DNA of 64,000 nucleotides, from positions 928,001-992,000 of the forward strand of contig OZ245006.1 of NCBI GenBank assembly GCA_965223545.1. The letters run 5' to 3'. This stretch comes from Planctomycetota bacterium. Lineage in GTDB: Bacteria; Planctomycetota; UBA1135; UBA2386. Made by a program: the position numbers and the translations under genes. The notes under the pieces are model-generated. The model saw only the letters and a program-made list of their open reading frames with translations, had not been told where the DNA came from and ran no database searches. Shown here piece after piece: positions 36,022 to 47,065 of the stretch; the stretch's first letter is position 1; every line of letters starts with the position of its first letter.

Positions 36022-38487
36022 TCACAACGCGATCTGGTTGAGCTGACCGGGGACCAAGACGATCTCCCGTCGCTCCACCTCCTCGCCGTCCCGCAGGTAG
36101 ACGAGCCAGCGGGCACGCTCACTGATCGCGAACTCACCCGACGGCTTGCCTTCCAGCGGCAACCAGTTCTTGGGCACCATGTCGCCCTCGGTCATGATCC
36201 ACATGGGCACGAGCCGGTCCTCTGCATCGTGCACGACCAACGCGTCCGCGCGCACGCTTCCCGCGCCTTCGAGGAATCGGATGCGGCAACGCGCGTCGGC
36301 GCGCAGCTCGACCTCCTCCTGGTCGGCAAACGACTCGACCTCGTGAAAGATGCCGATGACCGGGTCGCCGGTCAGCCCGATCCAACACTGGCCACGGCGC
36401 GGCACGTCGGCCAACGCGAAGCGCCCCTCGGCATCCGTGACCACGCTGCGCTCGACCCTCGCCTGACCGCCCATGCCGGGGAGCAGCTGGAGAACCGGGG
36501 AGACCGTGACGCCCGCCAGCGGTTGGCCAGAACGCGACAGCACCCGGCCGCGCAGACTCTCGCGCATCGCATCGCTCGGGATGACGATGTCGACGCCGCG
36601 CCGTCCCGCCTCGATGGGCTCGGTGCTGATCGCGAGCAGCGTGCGTGGGTCCCAGGCCGTCAGCCGGTAGCTCTGCGGACGCAACCCCCGCACCTCGAAG
36701 CGACCGTCGGCGTGCAGCGGAAACGCCTCGATGGGCTTGACGTCGCCCAAGCCGGCGGCGAGCTGCTCGGCCGTCGCGTCCGGCTGCCGGCCGTAGATCA
36801 TCGCCCCGTCGCGCAACGCCACGAAGAACCCCGTCGCGGCGCGGCCGTCGGCGTGCCGCACGGTGCCACTGATGGCCAGGGGCTCGCCCCCGAGAGCGAC
36901 GCGAAGTCGCTCTGGCCTGCCCTCCTCTTCCCATATGGCGCGACTGTAGTCCCGCACGAACGGCTGATGCCCGGGGGCGACGGCGACCATGCGCAGCTGG
37001 CTCTCGCGCCGGGTCGGCCAGTCGCATTCGAAATGCCCCGCGCTGTCGGAATGAGTGCGGGCACGGCCCCAGACGACTTCGGCACCCTCGACGGCCGCGC
37101 CGTTCTGGTCCACGACGACGCCGCGCAGCCGGTCCGGCCACGCGCGGCGCAACACGACCTGCATGGACAGGTCCCCGGCTTGCGGAACCGGCGCGTCGTG
37201 AGGGTGGTAGCCGAGGTGAGACACGCCGATGCGCGCGTCGCGAGCGGCGGGGACCGCAGGAAACGAGAAACCGCCGTCGGAGTCGGTACGGGCACTGACG
37301 CCCGAGTACGCCAGGTGCTGCTCGAGGGACTCCGGAAACAGGGAGAGCTCGCGCGCCTCGACGGCGACCGTGACCTCGGCGAGGGGCTGGCCATGCGCAT
37401 CGACCACGCGGCCCGCGAGTGCCACGGCGGGGACCACGACGATCGTCGCGTGCCGCGACGCATCGAGATGAGGCCAGGCGCGCAGGGTGATCCAAGCCTC
37501 GTCGACCGCGATCACCGCGAGCTTCTCGGCACCATCACCGCTCTTGTCGTCCGGCGGCAACCGCAGCTCGAAACGCCCGCCGTCCGCGCTCACCACCGTG
37601 CCCGTGGGCGGCGACCCCCGCGACCATCCCACTGCGATCCCGGCCAGCGGCAGACCCCGCTCATCGAGCACCTGCCCGCGCAGCACCGACCGCGGCTGGT
37701 CGGTCGCTGGCGACGGAACGTCTCGCTCGACCACGCTGCGGTCGGGCGAGGTGGTGGCCTCGCCCCGCCTCGGTTCCGCTCCCGCCACCATCGCCCCCGG
37801 CGCGGCAAACGCGGCCTCCGCTGCCGCCGGCGCATCGACCGGCGCCGAGGACACCCACCAGATCGCGGCCGCGAGACCGACCACGGCCAGCGTCGCGGCG
37901 GACTTCGTTCCCGTACCCATTCCCACGAGCATTCCTCCGTTCAAGAGCAACGACGCGAATGCCAGCGCACCGCCACGGCGCGCGTCGGGTTCGGTCGAGA
38001 CGAGCCGCGCACGGAGCTTGGCCAAGCCGCGCTGCACGCGAGAGCGCACCGCCGAAGCGGAGACGCCCTGCGCCCGCGCGATCTCGACCGCCGTGCGGCG
38101 CTCGACGTAGCGCCACCACAAGGTCGAGCGGAAGGGCTCGTCGAGCTCCTTCAGGGCTTGGACCAAGCGCCCGCGAAGCTGCAGGTCGGCGGCGATCTCA
38201 TCCGTCGACCGCAGTGCTTCGTGAGCCGCCGCGCAGCGCTCGTGGCGCCGCCGCCGCGCGTCCTGCAGCCGCTGGCGCAGCGCGAAGTGGCGCGCCACCG
38301 TCCCGAGCCACCCGCGCGGGTTGCTCCGATCGGCCGGCGGGCGCTGCAGCGCCTTGAGCCAGGTCTGCTGCAACACGTCGTCGGCCGCGTGCTCGTCGCC
38401 GACCAAGCCGCGGACGATGCCGCGGAGCCAATCGCCGTGGGTCAGGAGTTCTTCCAGCCCAGTCGTCGGCACCCTCGCGTCGGTCAT
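36022..38487 (-). CDS. ECF sigma factor fused to a TM helix and repeated carboxypeptidase-regulatory-like beta domains
   Basis: ADDVLQQTWL, RGWLGTVARH, SAVRSRVQRGLAKLR; TM helix; repeats of GxVxDxxGxPLAG...TDxxGxF. Confidence 0.9.
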   Translation of the reverse strand: MTDARVPTTGLEELLTHGDWLRGIVRGLVGDEHAADDVLQQTWLKALQRPPADRSNPRGWLGTVARHFALRQRLQDARRRRHERCAAAHEALRSTDEIAADLQLRGRLVQALKELDEPFRSTLWWRYVERRTAVEIARAQGVSASAVRSRVQRGLAKLRARLVSTEPDARRGGALAFASLLLNGGMLVGMGTGTKSAATLAVVGLAAAIWWVSSAPVDAPAAAEAAFAAPGAMVAGAEPRRGEATTSPDRSVVERDVPSPATDQPRSVLRGQVLDERGLPLAGIAVGWSRGSPPTGTVVSADGGRFELRLPPDDKSGDGAEKLAVIAVDEAWITLRAWPHLDASRHATIVVVPAVALAGRVVDAHGQPLAEVTVAVEARELSLFPESLEQHLAYSGVSARTDSDGGFSFPAVPAARDARIGVSHLGYHPHDAPVPQAGDLSMQVVLRRAWPDRLRGVVVDQNGAAVEGAEVVWGRARTHSDSAGHFECDWPTRRESQLRMVAVAPGHQPFVRDYSRAIWEEEGRPERLRVALGGEPLAISGTVRHADGRAATGFFVALRDGAMIYGRQPDATAEQLAAGLGDVKPIEAFPLHADGRFEVRGLRPQSYRLTAWDPRTLLAISTEPIEAGRRGVDIVIPSDAMRESLRGRVLSRSGQPLAGVTVSPVLQLLPGMGGQARVERSVVTDAEGRFALADVPRRGQCWIGLTGDPVIGIFHEVESFADQEEVELRADARCRIRFLEGAGSVRADALVVHDAEDRLVPMWIMTEGDMVPKNWLPLEGKPSGEFAISERARWLVYLRDGEEVERREIVLVPGQLNQIAL

Positions 38488-38656
38488 TTGATTGGGGAAT
38501 CCCGGCCAGGAGAAAGCGTCTCCGAATTTTGCGACATCGAGAGTACGGAGCCTGGCTCCATTCCATCACCTCCGCCGCAACCAACGCCAACTCGCCGAGC
38601 AAATGGCCGAGTGCGTGCCTCTGGCCCGAACAACAGCGCGGCGGCTTCCTCCTTAC

Positions 38657-40132
38657 TCAGCCGCGCAGGCGGCGGACGGCATCCATCAGGTCCACGACGG
38701 TCGTCAGCTTGGCGCGCACCTTGCCGGCGGCCTCGCCGCGCTCGCGCTCGTAGGCGTCGAGGCGCAACCAGTCGTCGTAGCTGACGTAGTCGACTCCGCG
38801 CTGGTGGAGCAGGGCGGGCACGCTTTCCGCATCGTCCGGCGGCAGCGGGTCGGCATCGCCTGTGGTGGCGACGTCGGCGAGCAGGGCCTGCACGGTGAGC
38901 TTGGAGTCCGGGCTGTTGGTGCCGATCAGGCCGGTCGGGCCGCGCTTGGCCCAACCCACCACGTACTCGAAGGGCCGCACCGCGCCGCCGGGCGCGTCGA
39001 GCACTCGACCGTCGGCGTTGGGGATGACGCCAGCGCGTGCATCGAAGGGAACCCCCTCGATCGGGATACCTCGGTAGCCGATGGCCCGGAACACGAGCTG
39101 GACCTCCTCGGTCGAGAATCGCTCGGTGGCGCGCGGGCGCGGCGTGCCGTCCTCGGCGGCGTACAGCTCGTTGTGCTGCAAGCGAATGCCGCTCACCCGC
39201 CCCTCGTTGCCGAGGATCTCGACGGGCGAGATCAAGAACTGACACCGCACGCGGCGCGGTGCTCCAGCGGGCGGTCGCAGACTCGCCTCGCGCAAGTAGC
39301 GCACGTTGCGCTGCGCCGCGCGCGGCGCAGCCGTCTCCAGCCACTGCTGCGACACCGGATCGAGCTCCATCGCCGCAGCATCGACCTGAAGCTCGGCCCC
39401 TTCGACGGCGCCGACCTCCTCGATCTCCTTCGGCGAGAACGCCGCCTGCGCCGGGCCGCGGCGCCCGAGCAGCAGCACCTCGCGCACCCTGCTCCGCCGC
39501 AGCGCGTCGAGGGCGTGCTCGGCGATGTCGGTCGCGGCGAGCGCGTCCGGCGGCGACACCAGGATGCGGGTGACGTCCATCGCGACGTTGCCGTTGCCGA
39601 CGACCGCGACCCGCTCCGCCCCTTCCAACCCGAACTCACGATCGGAGAAATCCGGATGGCCGTTGTACCAGCCGACGAAAGACGTCGCCGAGTGCGAGCC
39701 GGTGAGATCCTCGCCCCCGATCCCCATCGCCCGATCGCTCTCGTTGCCGACCGCGTAGATCAGCGCGTCGTAGCGCGAACGCAGCTCGTCGACCTGCACG
39801 TCACCACCGAGCCGAACGTTGCCGAAGAAACGAAAGCGCGGATCGGCCGCGGTCTTCTCGTAGACCTTGACCACCGACTTGATCTTCTGGTGGTCGGGCG
39901 CCACACCGCCGCGCACGAGCCCGTACGGGGTCGGCAGCCGGTCGAAGACATCACAGCGCACCACCAATTCCGCCGCCTTGAACAGGGCTTCCACGGCGTA
40001 GAACGCCGATGGTCCCGAGCCGATCACCGCGACTCGCAGCGGCCGTTCGGCAGTCCCAAGCGGGCCGCCGGCATCTCCGACGCGCGTGCTGTTGGATCCA
40101 CTCAAGCTACATCTGTCCTGGCCCGTGGCCAC
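38657..40132 (-). CDS. Ferredoxin--NADP+ reductase (FprA/adrenodoxin reductase family)
   Basis: IGSGPSAFY, PYGLVRGGVAPDH, FVGWYNGHP, GNGNVAMD, GRRGPAQAAF, GWAKRGPTGLIGTN. Confidence 0.92.
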   Translation of the reverse strand: MATGQDRCSLSGSNSTRVGDAGGPLGTAERPLRVAVIGSGPSAFYAVEALFKAAELVVRCDVFDRLPTPYGLVRGGVAPDHQKIKSVVKVYEKTAADPRFRFFGNVRLGGDVQVDELRSRYDALIYAVGNESDRAMGIGGEDLTGSHSATSFVGWYNGHPDFSDREFGLEGAERVAVVGNGNVAMDVTRILVSPPDALAATDIAEHALDALRRSRVREVLLLGRRGPAQAAFSPKEIEEVGAVEGAELQVDAAAMELDPVSQQWLETAAPRAAQRNVRYLREASLRPPAGAPRRVRCQFLISPVEILGNEGRVSGIRLQHNELYAAEDGTPRPRATERFSTEEVQLVFRAIGYRGIPIEGVPFDARAGVIPNADGRVLDAPGGAVRPFEYVVGWAKRGPTGLIGTNSPDSKLTVQALLADVATTGDADPLPPDDAESVPALLHQRGVDYVSYDDWLRLDAYERERGEAAGKVRAKLTTVVDLMDAVRRLRG

Positions 40133-40230
40133 CTATCCGCGTTGCACCCGTGCGGCGCAACGGCCATGCGCACCGGGATGGGGATAGCCTAACGGCGTCC
40201 GACGCGGAGATGAACCCGGTAGCCCTCGGC

Positions 40231-41802
40231 TCACTTGAGCCGGTACAGCCACGCCTCGCGCACGCGCCAGCGCACGCCGCGATGCGTGCGCAGCTCGACC
40301 TCGAGCTCCGGCACGCGGGTTCGCGGGAAGCCCGACAGGAAGCGCTCGAGCGCCGGGTTGGTCGGTGCCGGCAGGTAGCCGCCGTCGACCGGGCCGTCGG
40401 TCCGCAGCCACAGGTAGCGCACCGCCGGGGCAGCCGTGGCGCCCAGCGCACGCGCCGCCAAACCGCTGTCGGTCAGTGGCTGCAGCCAAACTCGGTGTGA
40501 GGTCAGGTAGTAGGTGTACAGCAGGGGGCAATTGTGAGCGACGACACAATCGCCGACCACCGTACCATCCTCGCCGCGCACTTCACTCGCATCGGTGAGG
40601 ACTGCTCCGACATCGCGGTAGAACGTCGTCGAGGTCTCGCGCCACTGCTCTTGGCTCTGCCAACCCGCCGCAGCGGCCAGCACCAGCAATGCCAAGCCGG
40701 GCACGACCCGGGGCATCCAACGCGCCGCCGCCGCCGCCAGGTGCGCCGCTGCCACAGCCCACAACGGACCGAAGTAGTACCAAAAGTGCAGGTGGATGCG
40801 CGCGTGCTCGGCGAAGGTGCCGACGTGCAGGACGCCCGGCAGCAAGAGCGCGAGCGCGACGCGCGGCGCGCGGCGCAGCAGCACGGGCACGCCGAGCGCG
40901 CCCGCGACCAACGCGGGCACGGTGAAGTCGATGCCCGAGAACTCCAAGCCGGCGCGCAGCACAGCGCTCATCTCGGGCCGCGCCAGAATGGTCACTTCGA
41001 CCAGCTCACCGACGCTGTGGCCGGTCTCCAGGTCGGGGTTGAAGCGGGGATTGGCGGTGGCCCATGCCCGCCAGGCGAGGATCGAGCCGAGCGCGGCCAG
41101 GCTCGCGGTCGCCGGCAACCACAGCCGCCGTATCCAGTCCCTCGGACCGCCGCGCACGACCAAGGGCAGCAAGGCCGCGCAGAACCAGACGAACGGCCAG
41201 TCCATCCAGGGCCCGAAGTAGGCGGCCAGGCCCTGCACGATCCGCCAGCGGGTGCGCAGAGCGCCGGTGGTCTCGCCCGCGCGCACCGTCGCAAGCACCA
41301 ACCACAGCCCACACGGGATCACGGTCAGCTCAAGCGAGGCCTGACAAAACAGCTGGCTGACGGGGAACTGCGCGAACAAGAGCGCGCCCCCGAACGCCCA
41401 ACCCGCGGCGAGACTGCGCCGCAACAGCCGGTAGATCGCCAGCGTGGCCAGCCCCAGCCCCACCACGGTCGGCAGCCGCAACTGCCACTCCTCGGTGCCG
41501 AACGCGCCCGCCAACCAGAAGTGACCGGGCGGGTGGTTTTGATACAGCGCGGCGTCGTACGGCGTCGCCGGCAGCTGCGGCCACAGCGGCATGCCGCGCA
41601 GCTCCCAGAAGCCGAACCGCTCGAAGCACTGCGCGAACAGACCGTAGTAGACGCCCGCGGTGTGATCGGTGGAGGTCAGCGGCACCGCCATCCACGGCAA
41701 CACCGTGCCCGAGGAGAGCAGGACGAGCGCCACCATGGCGCACACGTCGCGCGCGCCGAACGGAGCGCCCGGCAGCGCGGTTGGTCGGTCGGACGACGGC
41801 AT
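40231..41802 (-). CDS. Multi-TM GT-C-like (ArnT/PMT-related) membrane protein
   Basis: YQNHPPG, FGTEEWQLRLP and about 10 hydrophobic segments. Confidence 0.65.
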   Translation of the reverse strand: MPSSDRPTALPGAPFGARDVCAMVALVLLSSGTVLPWMAVPLTSTDHTAGVYYGLFAQCFERFGFWELRGMPLWPQLPATPYDAALYQNHPPGHFWLAGAFGTEEWQLRLPTVVGLGLATLAIYRLLRRSLAAGWAFGGALLFAQFPVSQLFCQASLELTVIPCGLWLVLATVRAGETTGALRTRWRIVQGLAAYFGPWMDWPFVWFCAALLPLVVRGGPRDWIRRLWLPATASLAALGSILAWRAWATANPRFNPDLETGHSVGELVEVTILARPEMSAVLRAGLEFSGIDFTVPALVAGALGVPVLLRRAPRVALALLLPGVLHVGTFAEHARIHLHFWYYFGPLWAVAAAHLAAAAARWMPRVVPGLALLVLAAAAGWQSQEQWRETSTTFYRDVGAVLTDASEVRGEDGTVVGDCVVAHNCPLLYTYYLTSHRVWLQPLTDSGLAARALGATAAPAVRYLWLRTDGPVDGGYLPAPTNPALERFLSGFPRTRVPELEVELRTHRGVRWRVREAWLYRLK

Positions 41803-41899
41803 CGACCGGTGCAGAAATAAGGCCAACGACGCCAGCGGTCACCACTGCGCGAGAATTGTTGCCGCGCCTCCGCGGACCGCACGCGTATCGTGGCAGCCC

Positions 41900-43015
41900 A
41901 TGCCCGCCCCGCCACGCAGAAGTGCGCTGTTCGCCAGCGCGCTGTTCGCCGCCGCCGGCTGCAGCACGCTGCCGGCGCCCGCTCGCTTCGGCCTGACCTC
42001 GGACCAACGTGAGATCACCGTGTACACGCTGACCAACACCCGTGGCATGCGCGCGCGGGTCATCACCCTCGGCGCCACCCTCACCGAGCTCTGGGTGCCC
42101 GATCGGGACGGCGAGCTCGCCGACGTCGTGCTCGGCTACGACAGCGTGGCGCCCTACGAGGAGAACCCGTCCTACTTCGGCTGCACGACCGGACGGGTCT
42201 GCAACCGCATCGCGAACGGACGCTTTTCGCTCGACGGGACCGAGTACCAGCTCGCCACCAACAACGGCGACAACCACCTGCACGGCGGCGGACCGCGCGC
42301 CCTCCACCGCGTGGTCTGGGATGCGACCCCGGTGCAGCACGCCGCCGGAGAAGCGGTGCGCTTCACCTACACGAGCGCCGACGGCGAAGAGGGCTACCCG
42401 GGCAACCTGTCGGTCGCGGTGACCTACGTGCTGACCGAAGCAGGCCTGCGGCTCGAGTACGAGGCGCACACCGACCGCGCCACGCCGGTCAACTTGACGC
42501 ATCACTCGTACTTCAACCTCGCCGGCGCCGGCCGCGGCAACATCCTGGACCACACGCTGCGGATCGCGGCCGCGCGCTACACGCCGACCGACGCGGGCCT
42601 GGTGCCGACCGGCGAGATCCGCTCGGTCGCCGACTCGGCCTTCGACTTCCGCCGGCCAACCCCGATCGGCGCGCGCATCGCCGGCGTCGAGGGTGGCTAC
42701 GACCTCAACTACGTGCTCGACCGCGCCGATCCCGACGGCGAGGGGCTGGCGCTGGCCGCCGAAGCGCACCACCCCGGCAGCGGCCGCGTGCTGACCATCC
42801 ACACCACCGAGCCCGGCGTGCAGTTCTACTCGGGCAACTTCCTGGACGGCAGCTTGGTCGGCAAGCACGGCGGTGGCTACCCACGGCACGCGGGCTTCTG
42901 CCTCGAGCCCCAGCACTTCCCGGACGCGGTCAACCAACCGGCCTTCCCGTCGGTGATCCTCGCGCCCGGCGACGTCTATCGTCAGATCAGCGTCTACCGG
43001 TTCGGCACGCGCTGA
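41900..43015 (+). CDS. galM: Aldose 1-epimerase, probable lipoprotein
   Basis: GRVCNRI, NHLHGG, DGEEGYPG, NLTHHSYFNL, YDLNYV, FCLEPQHFPD; AAAG-C lipobox. Confidence 0.93.
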   Translation: MPAPPRRSALFASALFAAAGCSTLPAPARFGLTSDQREITVYTLTNTRGMRARVITLGATLTELWVPDRDGELADVVLGYDSVAPYEENPSYFGCTTGRVCNRIANGRFSLDGTEYQLATNNGDNHLHGGGPRALHRVVWDATPVQHAAGEAVRFTYTSADGEEGYPGNLSVAVTYVLTEAGLRLEYEAHTDRATPVNLTHHSYFNLAGAGRGNILDHTLRIAAARYTPTDAGLVPTGEIRSVADSAFDFRRPTPIGARIAGVEGGYDLNYVLDRADPDGEGLALAAEAHHPGSGRVLTIHTTEPGVQFYSGNFLDGSLVGKHGGGYPRHAGFCLEPQHFPDAVNQPAFPSVILAPGDVYRQISVYRFGTR

Positions 43016-43017
43016 CT

Positions 43018-43618
43018 CTCAGCGCGGCCGAGGCCGCAACCAAACACGGAGCATTCCGCGACCCGAGCGTCGGTCGCGGGTCCGGCGGTCGCCGGCGGCC
43101 GCGCTGAGCCCAGAGGCCAGTGTTGTCTTCGAGCCTCCGGGAGTTGCGTTGTCGAAGTTCCAGCGGCATCGAGCCTTCCGAAAGGTTGTCGCCGCGCGAA
43201 GATTTGCGGACCCTGAGGCTCAGCGCGGCCACGGCCGCAACCAAACTCGGATGCCGCTTTTCCCGGAGCGGCTTGGAAGGTCCGACGCATCCGCCGCCGC
43301 GCTGAGCCCGGAGGCACTGTCTCTCCGAGCCTCCGGCGCGGCGGCGACGTTGCCAAGTCGGCGACGTCGCCTCGAGAATGTTGTCGAAGCTCGAAGATTC
43401 GAGGCGCCGGAGGCTCAGCGCGGCCGAGGCCGCAACCAAACACGGAGCATTCCGCGACCCGAGCGTCGGTCGCGGGTCCGGCGGTCGCCGGCGGCCGCGC
43501 TGAGCCCGGAGGCCAGTGTTGTCTTCGAGCCTCCGGGAGCTGCGGTATCGAAGTCCCGGCGACGACGGGCCTTCCGAAAGGTTGTTGCCGCTCGAACATT
43601 CTCGGACCCCGAGGCTCA
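43018..43618 (-). repeat. Tandem array of three repeat units (201, 195, 201 bp) between convergent genes
   Basis: Unit junctions (minus-strand TGAG) at 43618, 43417, 43222 and 43021; each unit ends TTTGGTTGCGGCCnnGGCCGCGCTGAG. Confidence 0.95.
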
Positions 43619-44683
43619 GCGCGCCTCGTACAGCGACGCGCTGTCGACGATGCGCGGCCCGTCCGCGTCCATGCGAGCGTGCTTGGAGGGATAGATCGCC
43701 GCCGCCCCCATCTGCCCGGCCTTGTTGATGGCGTAGAAGTTGACCTGGAAGTTCGGCCGCCCGGAATCGTCGAGCAACCGCGCCACCCGCGTCATCCGCG
43801 CGATCCGGCGGCAGGCCGCGAGACACGCATCGGTCGGCGACTTGCCCTGCGCCATGTGGTGCACGATGGTCGAGGCACCGTTGCTCAAGATCACCGCCTC
43901 ACCGCGGCCGGTCGACCCGGCGACGCCGTGGTCATTGTCGACGTAGTTGCCGCAACCCAGCAGCGGCGAGTCGCCGACCCGGCCGGGGATCTTGTAGGCC
44001 AGCCCCGACGTGGTCGTCACGCCGCCGATGTCGCCGCTGGCATCCACGCAACCGAGATGGATCGTCCCGGTCGGCCGCGGCCCGCCGCGCTTGCCGCCGG
44101 CCGGCACCGCCCCATCGGGGGAGCCGCCGGGGGAGCCATCGCTGGGCAGCGCGTTCTCCTCCGGTGAGATCCAATCATCGCGGTTCGACATCGACTGCTT
44201 CCACCGCAGCCAAGCCCGGCGCGCACGCTCGGTGAGCAGGTTCTCCTCCTGAAAGCCGTGCGCGCGCGCGAAGCGCAGGGCGCCCTCGCCGACCAGCAGG
44301 ACGTGGTCGGTCGTGCGCAGCACGCGCAGGGCCACCTGCGCCGGGTTCTTGATGTTGCGCAGGCTCGCCACCGCGCCGCCGAGGCCGGTCGGGCCGTCCA
44401 TCGCGCACGCGTCGAGCTCGACGACGCCGTCCTCGTTGGGCAGCCCTCCGTAGCCGACGGTCATGTCGTCGGGATCGTTCTCGACGACCTCGACCCCCGC
44501 CACTGCCGCCTCGACCGGCGTCGCCCCCTCGAGCACCTTGCCGACGGCGATCTCCACCGCGCGGATGCCGTTGCGGCTGGAGATCGCGACGGGATCGCGC
44601 AACCGGCGCGGCTGGATGTGGATGCGGGGCAGGGCGGCGCCCGCCGCGGCGGCCCCCAAGAACGAACGACGTGAGACGGCCAT
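43616..44683 (-). CDS. N4-(beta-N-acetylglucosaminyl)-L-asparaginase / Ntn-hydrolase family, Tat-exported
   Basis: SRRSFLG Tat motif; VGYGGLPN, ELDA, GTIH (Thr nucleophile), TTSG, PGRVGDSP, TGRGE. Confidence 0.9.
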   Translation of the reverse strand: MAVSRRSFLGAAAAGAALPRIHIQPRRLRDPVAISSRNGIRAVEIAVGKVLEGATPVEAAVAGVEVVENDPDDMTVGYGGLPNEDGVVELDACAMDGPTGLGGAVASLRNIKNPAQVALRVLRTTDHVLLVGEGALRFARAHGFQEENLLTERARRAWLRWKQSMSNRDDWISPEENALPSDGSPGGSPDGAVPAGGKRGGPRPTGTIHLGCVDASGDIGGVTTTSGLAYKIPGRVGDSPLLGCGNYVDNDHGVAGSTGRGEAVILSNGASTIVHHMAQGKSPTDACLAACRRIARMTRVARLLDDSGRPNFQVNFYAINKAGQMGAAAIYPSKHARMDADGPRIVDSASLYEAR

Positions 44684-44760
44684 GCCCCGATCTAACGGGC
44701 TGCGGGGGGCACCGCGCAAGCCCACCGCGGATTGGCGCGCCGAGGGGCGATTGGAGCCGT

Positions 44761-44798
44761 GGTGTCGTCGCCGCTCGAAGATTCTCGGCCCCCGACGC

Positions 44799-44801
<3 letters not shown>
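44761..44801 (-). repeat. Truncated 5' copy of the same repeat, at the mtnP stop codon
   Basis: TGAGCGTCGGGGGCCGAGAATCTTCGAGCGGCGACGACACC matches the start of the 43618 unit. Confidence 0.75.
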
Positions 44802-45668
<867 letters not shown>

Positions 45669-45755
45669 GAACCTCGGGAGAGGGAAAGGGAGGCGAACGG
45701 GAAGACGGGCATCTTTCGGCCCGGGGCGCGCCGAGACAAGGGCGCGCGGCCAAGT

Positions 45756-46988
45756 TCACGCCTCTCGTGACCGCGCCTGCCGATCCGCCGGCGGCGGCCC
45801 AGAACGACGCCGACCGCCCGAGCGAGCGACCGCGGTGCCGGCCACCAGCCGCTTGATCACCAGCGTCGCGTAGCTGCCGCGGGGCAGACCGAAGCGCACC
45901 ACGACCTTGCGCCGGCCCGGCTCGAACTCGTCGGCGAGCGTCTCCGACAGCTCGAACCCCGTCGGCCGCACCACGACGGCGCGCGGCTCGGCGCGCAGCT
46001 GCAGGCCCGCCATCGGCGGCACCGCGAAGCGCCGCGCGAACCCTTGCTCGCGCAACACCGCGACCAACGCGCGCTCGTACTCGGCGTCGCCGTCCTCGCC
46101 GTCCGGCGCGAACAGCGGCGCGTCGAGCTGCTCCAGGCGGCGGATCAGCGCCGGCGCCGGCCGCTCCCACGCCAGCAACCGACCGGAAAGCGTGTCCAGC
46201 ATCGCGCCCCGGCGCAGCACGCCGCGCAGCATGCCGTCGATCGCCCGGTTCCACAGCCAGCTCTGGTAGGCGTACGCGTGGATCAGCTTGGTGCGCGTCG
46301 GCACCAGCAGCAGCGCGCCGCGGAAGTCGCGCGGCTGCGCGCGCAAGTGCTGCAGCACGCGGCCGTAGAACGGCCCGCGCGCGATGCGGGCGCAGACGTC
46401 CCAATCGCCCCAGTGCGTGGCCAGCAGACGCTTGAGCTTGACGTCGCCGCCGCGGGCCTGCTCGGAGGGCTGCGCCAACAGCTGCCGCAGCGCGGTCTCG
46501 TAGTCACCGCGCAGCACGGCGCGCATCAAGAAGCCCTGGCCGTGCGCCAGACAGCCGAAGCGCTGGTCGTCGAAGTAGTTGGGCAGCCCGTCCTGCACCA
46601 CGCCGGCGGCATTGGCACGCAGCCGCAAGAGCTCGTCCTGGCCGAGATCGCGCAGCACGATCTCGAACGAGTTGCCGCGGCTCATCCGGCTGTTGATCGG
46701 CCGGTCCGAACGCGCCACGAACGACACCGAGAGCCCGCGCTCGCGGTGGTCGAGGCGGCGGCCGCGGATCGAGATCCACTGCTCGGTGCGCCCCTGCCGA
46801 TCCTTGAGCCCGGCGAACGCCAGTGCGTCGCGCGGCACGCCGGCCAGCTTGGCGACGCGCGCCAACGCCTGGTGCGTGTCCAGCTTCTCCTTGCGCAGCA
46901 GGTGCACGAAGTACTCGCCCCCGTCGACGCGCGGAAACACCAGCTCCTCGCGCACGCGGAAGTCACGGGGAACGGTTTTCAGCTTCAC
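45756..46988 (-). CDS. truD: tRNA pseudouridine(13) synthase
   Basis: DFRVRE, AGLKDR, GNSFEI, PNYFDDQRFG, AYQSWLWN, FGLPRGSYAT. Confidence 0.93.
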   Translation of the reverse strand: MKLKTVPRDFRVREELVFPRVDGGEYFVHLLRKEKLDTHQALARVAKLAGVPRDALAFAGLKDRQGRTEQWISIRGRRLDHRERGLSVSFVARSDRPINSRMSRGNSFEIVLRDLGQDELLRLRANAAGVVQDGLPNYFDDQRFGCLAHGQGFLMRAVLRGDYETALRQLLAQPSEQARGGDVKLKRLLATHWGDWDVCARIARGPFYGRVLQHLRAQPRDFRGALLLVPTRTKLIHAYAYQSWLWNRAIDGMLRGVLRRGAMLDTLSGRLLAWERPAPALIRRLEQLDAPLFAPDGEDGDAEYERALVAVLREQGFARRFAVPPMAGLQLRAEPRAVVVRPTGFELSETLADEFEPGRRKVVVRFGLPRGSYATLVIKRLVAGTAVARSGGRRRSGPPPADRQARSREA

Positions 46989-47065
46989 GGCAGGGAGCGG
47001 GGCTGGGGCGACAAGGCTGGGGCGACGGGACAGAGGCGACGGGGCGGGAGCGGCGGACGGAGCGG

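Noticed and set aside
35985..36024. Further repeat copies at other TGAGC stops (35985, 40233, 25601)
   Set aside because: Only the first 5-6 nt match; the internal and terminal motifs are absent.
43018..43618. CRISPR array
   Set aside because: The period is about 200 bp, the intervening sequences are related to each other and to dispersed copies, and no cas genes are present.
42987..43826. 279-aa ORF as a stand-alone gene
   Set aside because: It is the open frame of the repeat units, starts inside the asparaginase gene in another frame and has no credible start of its own.
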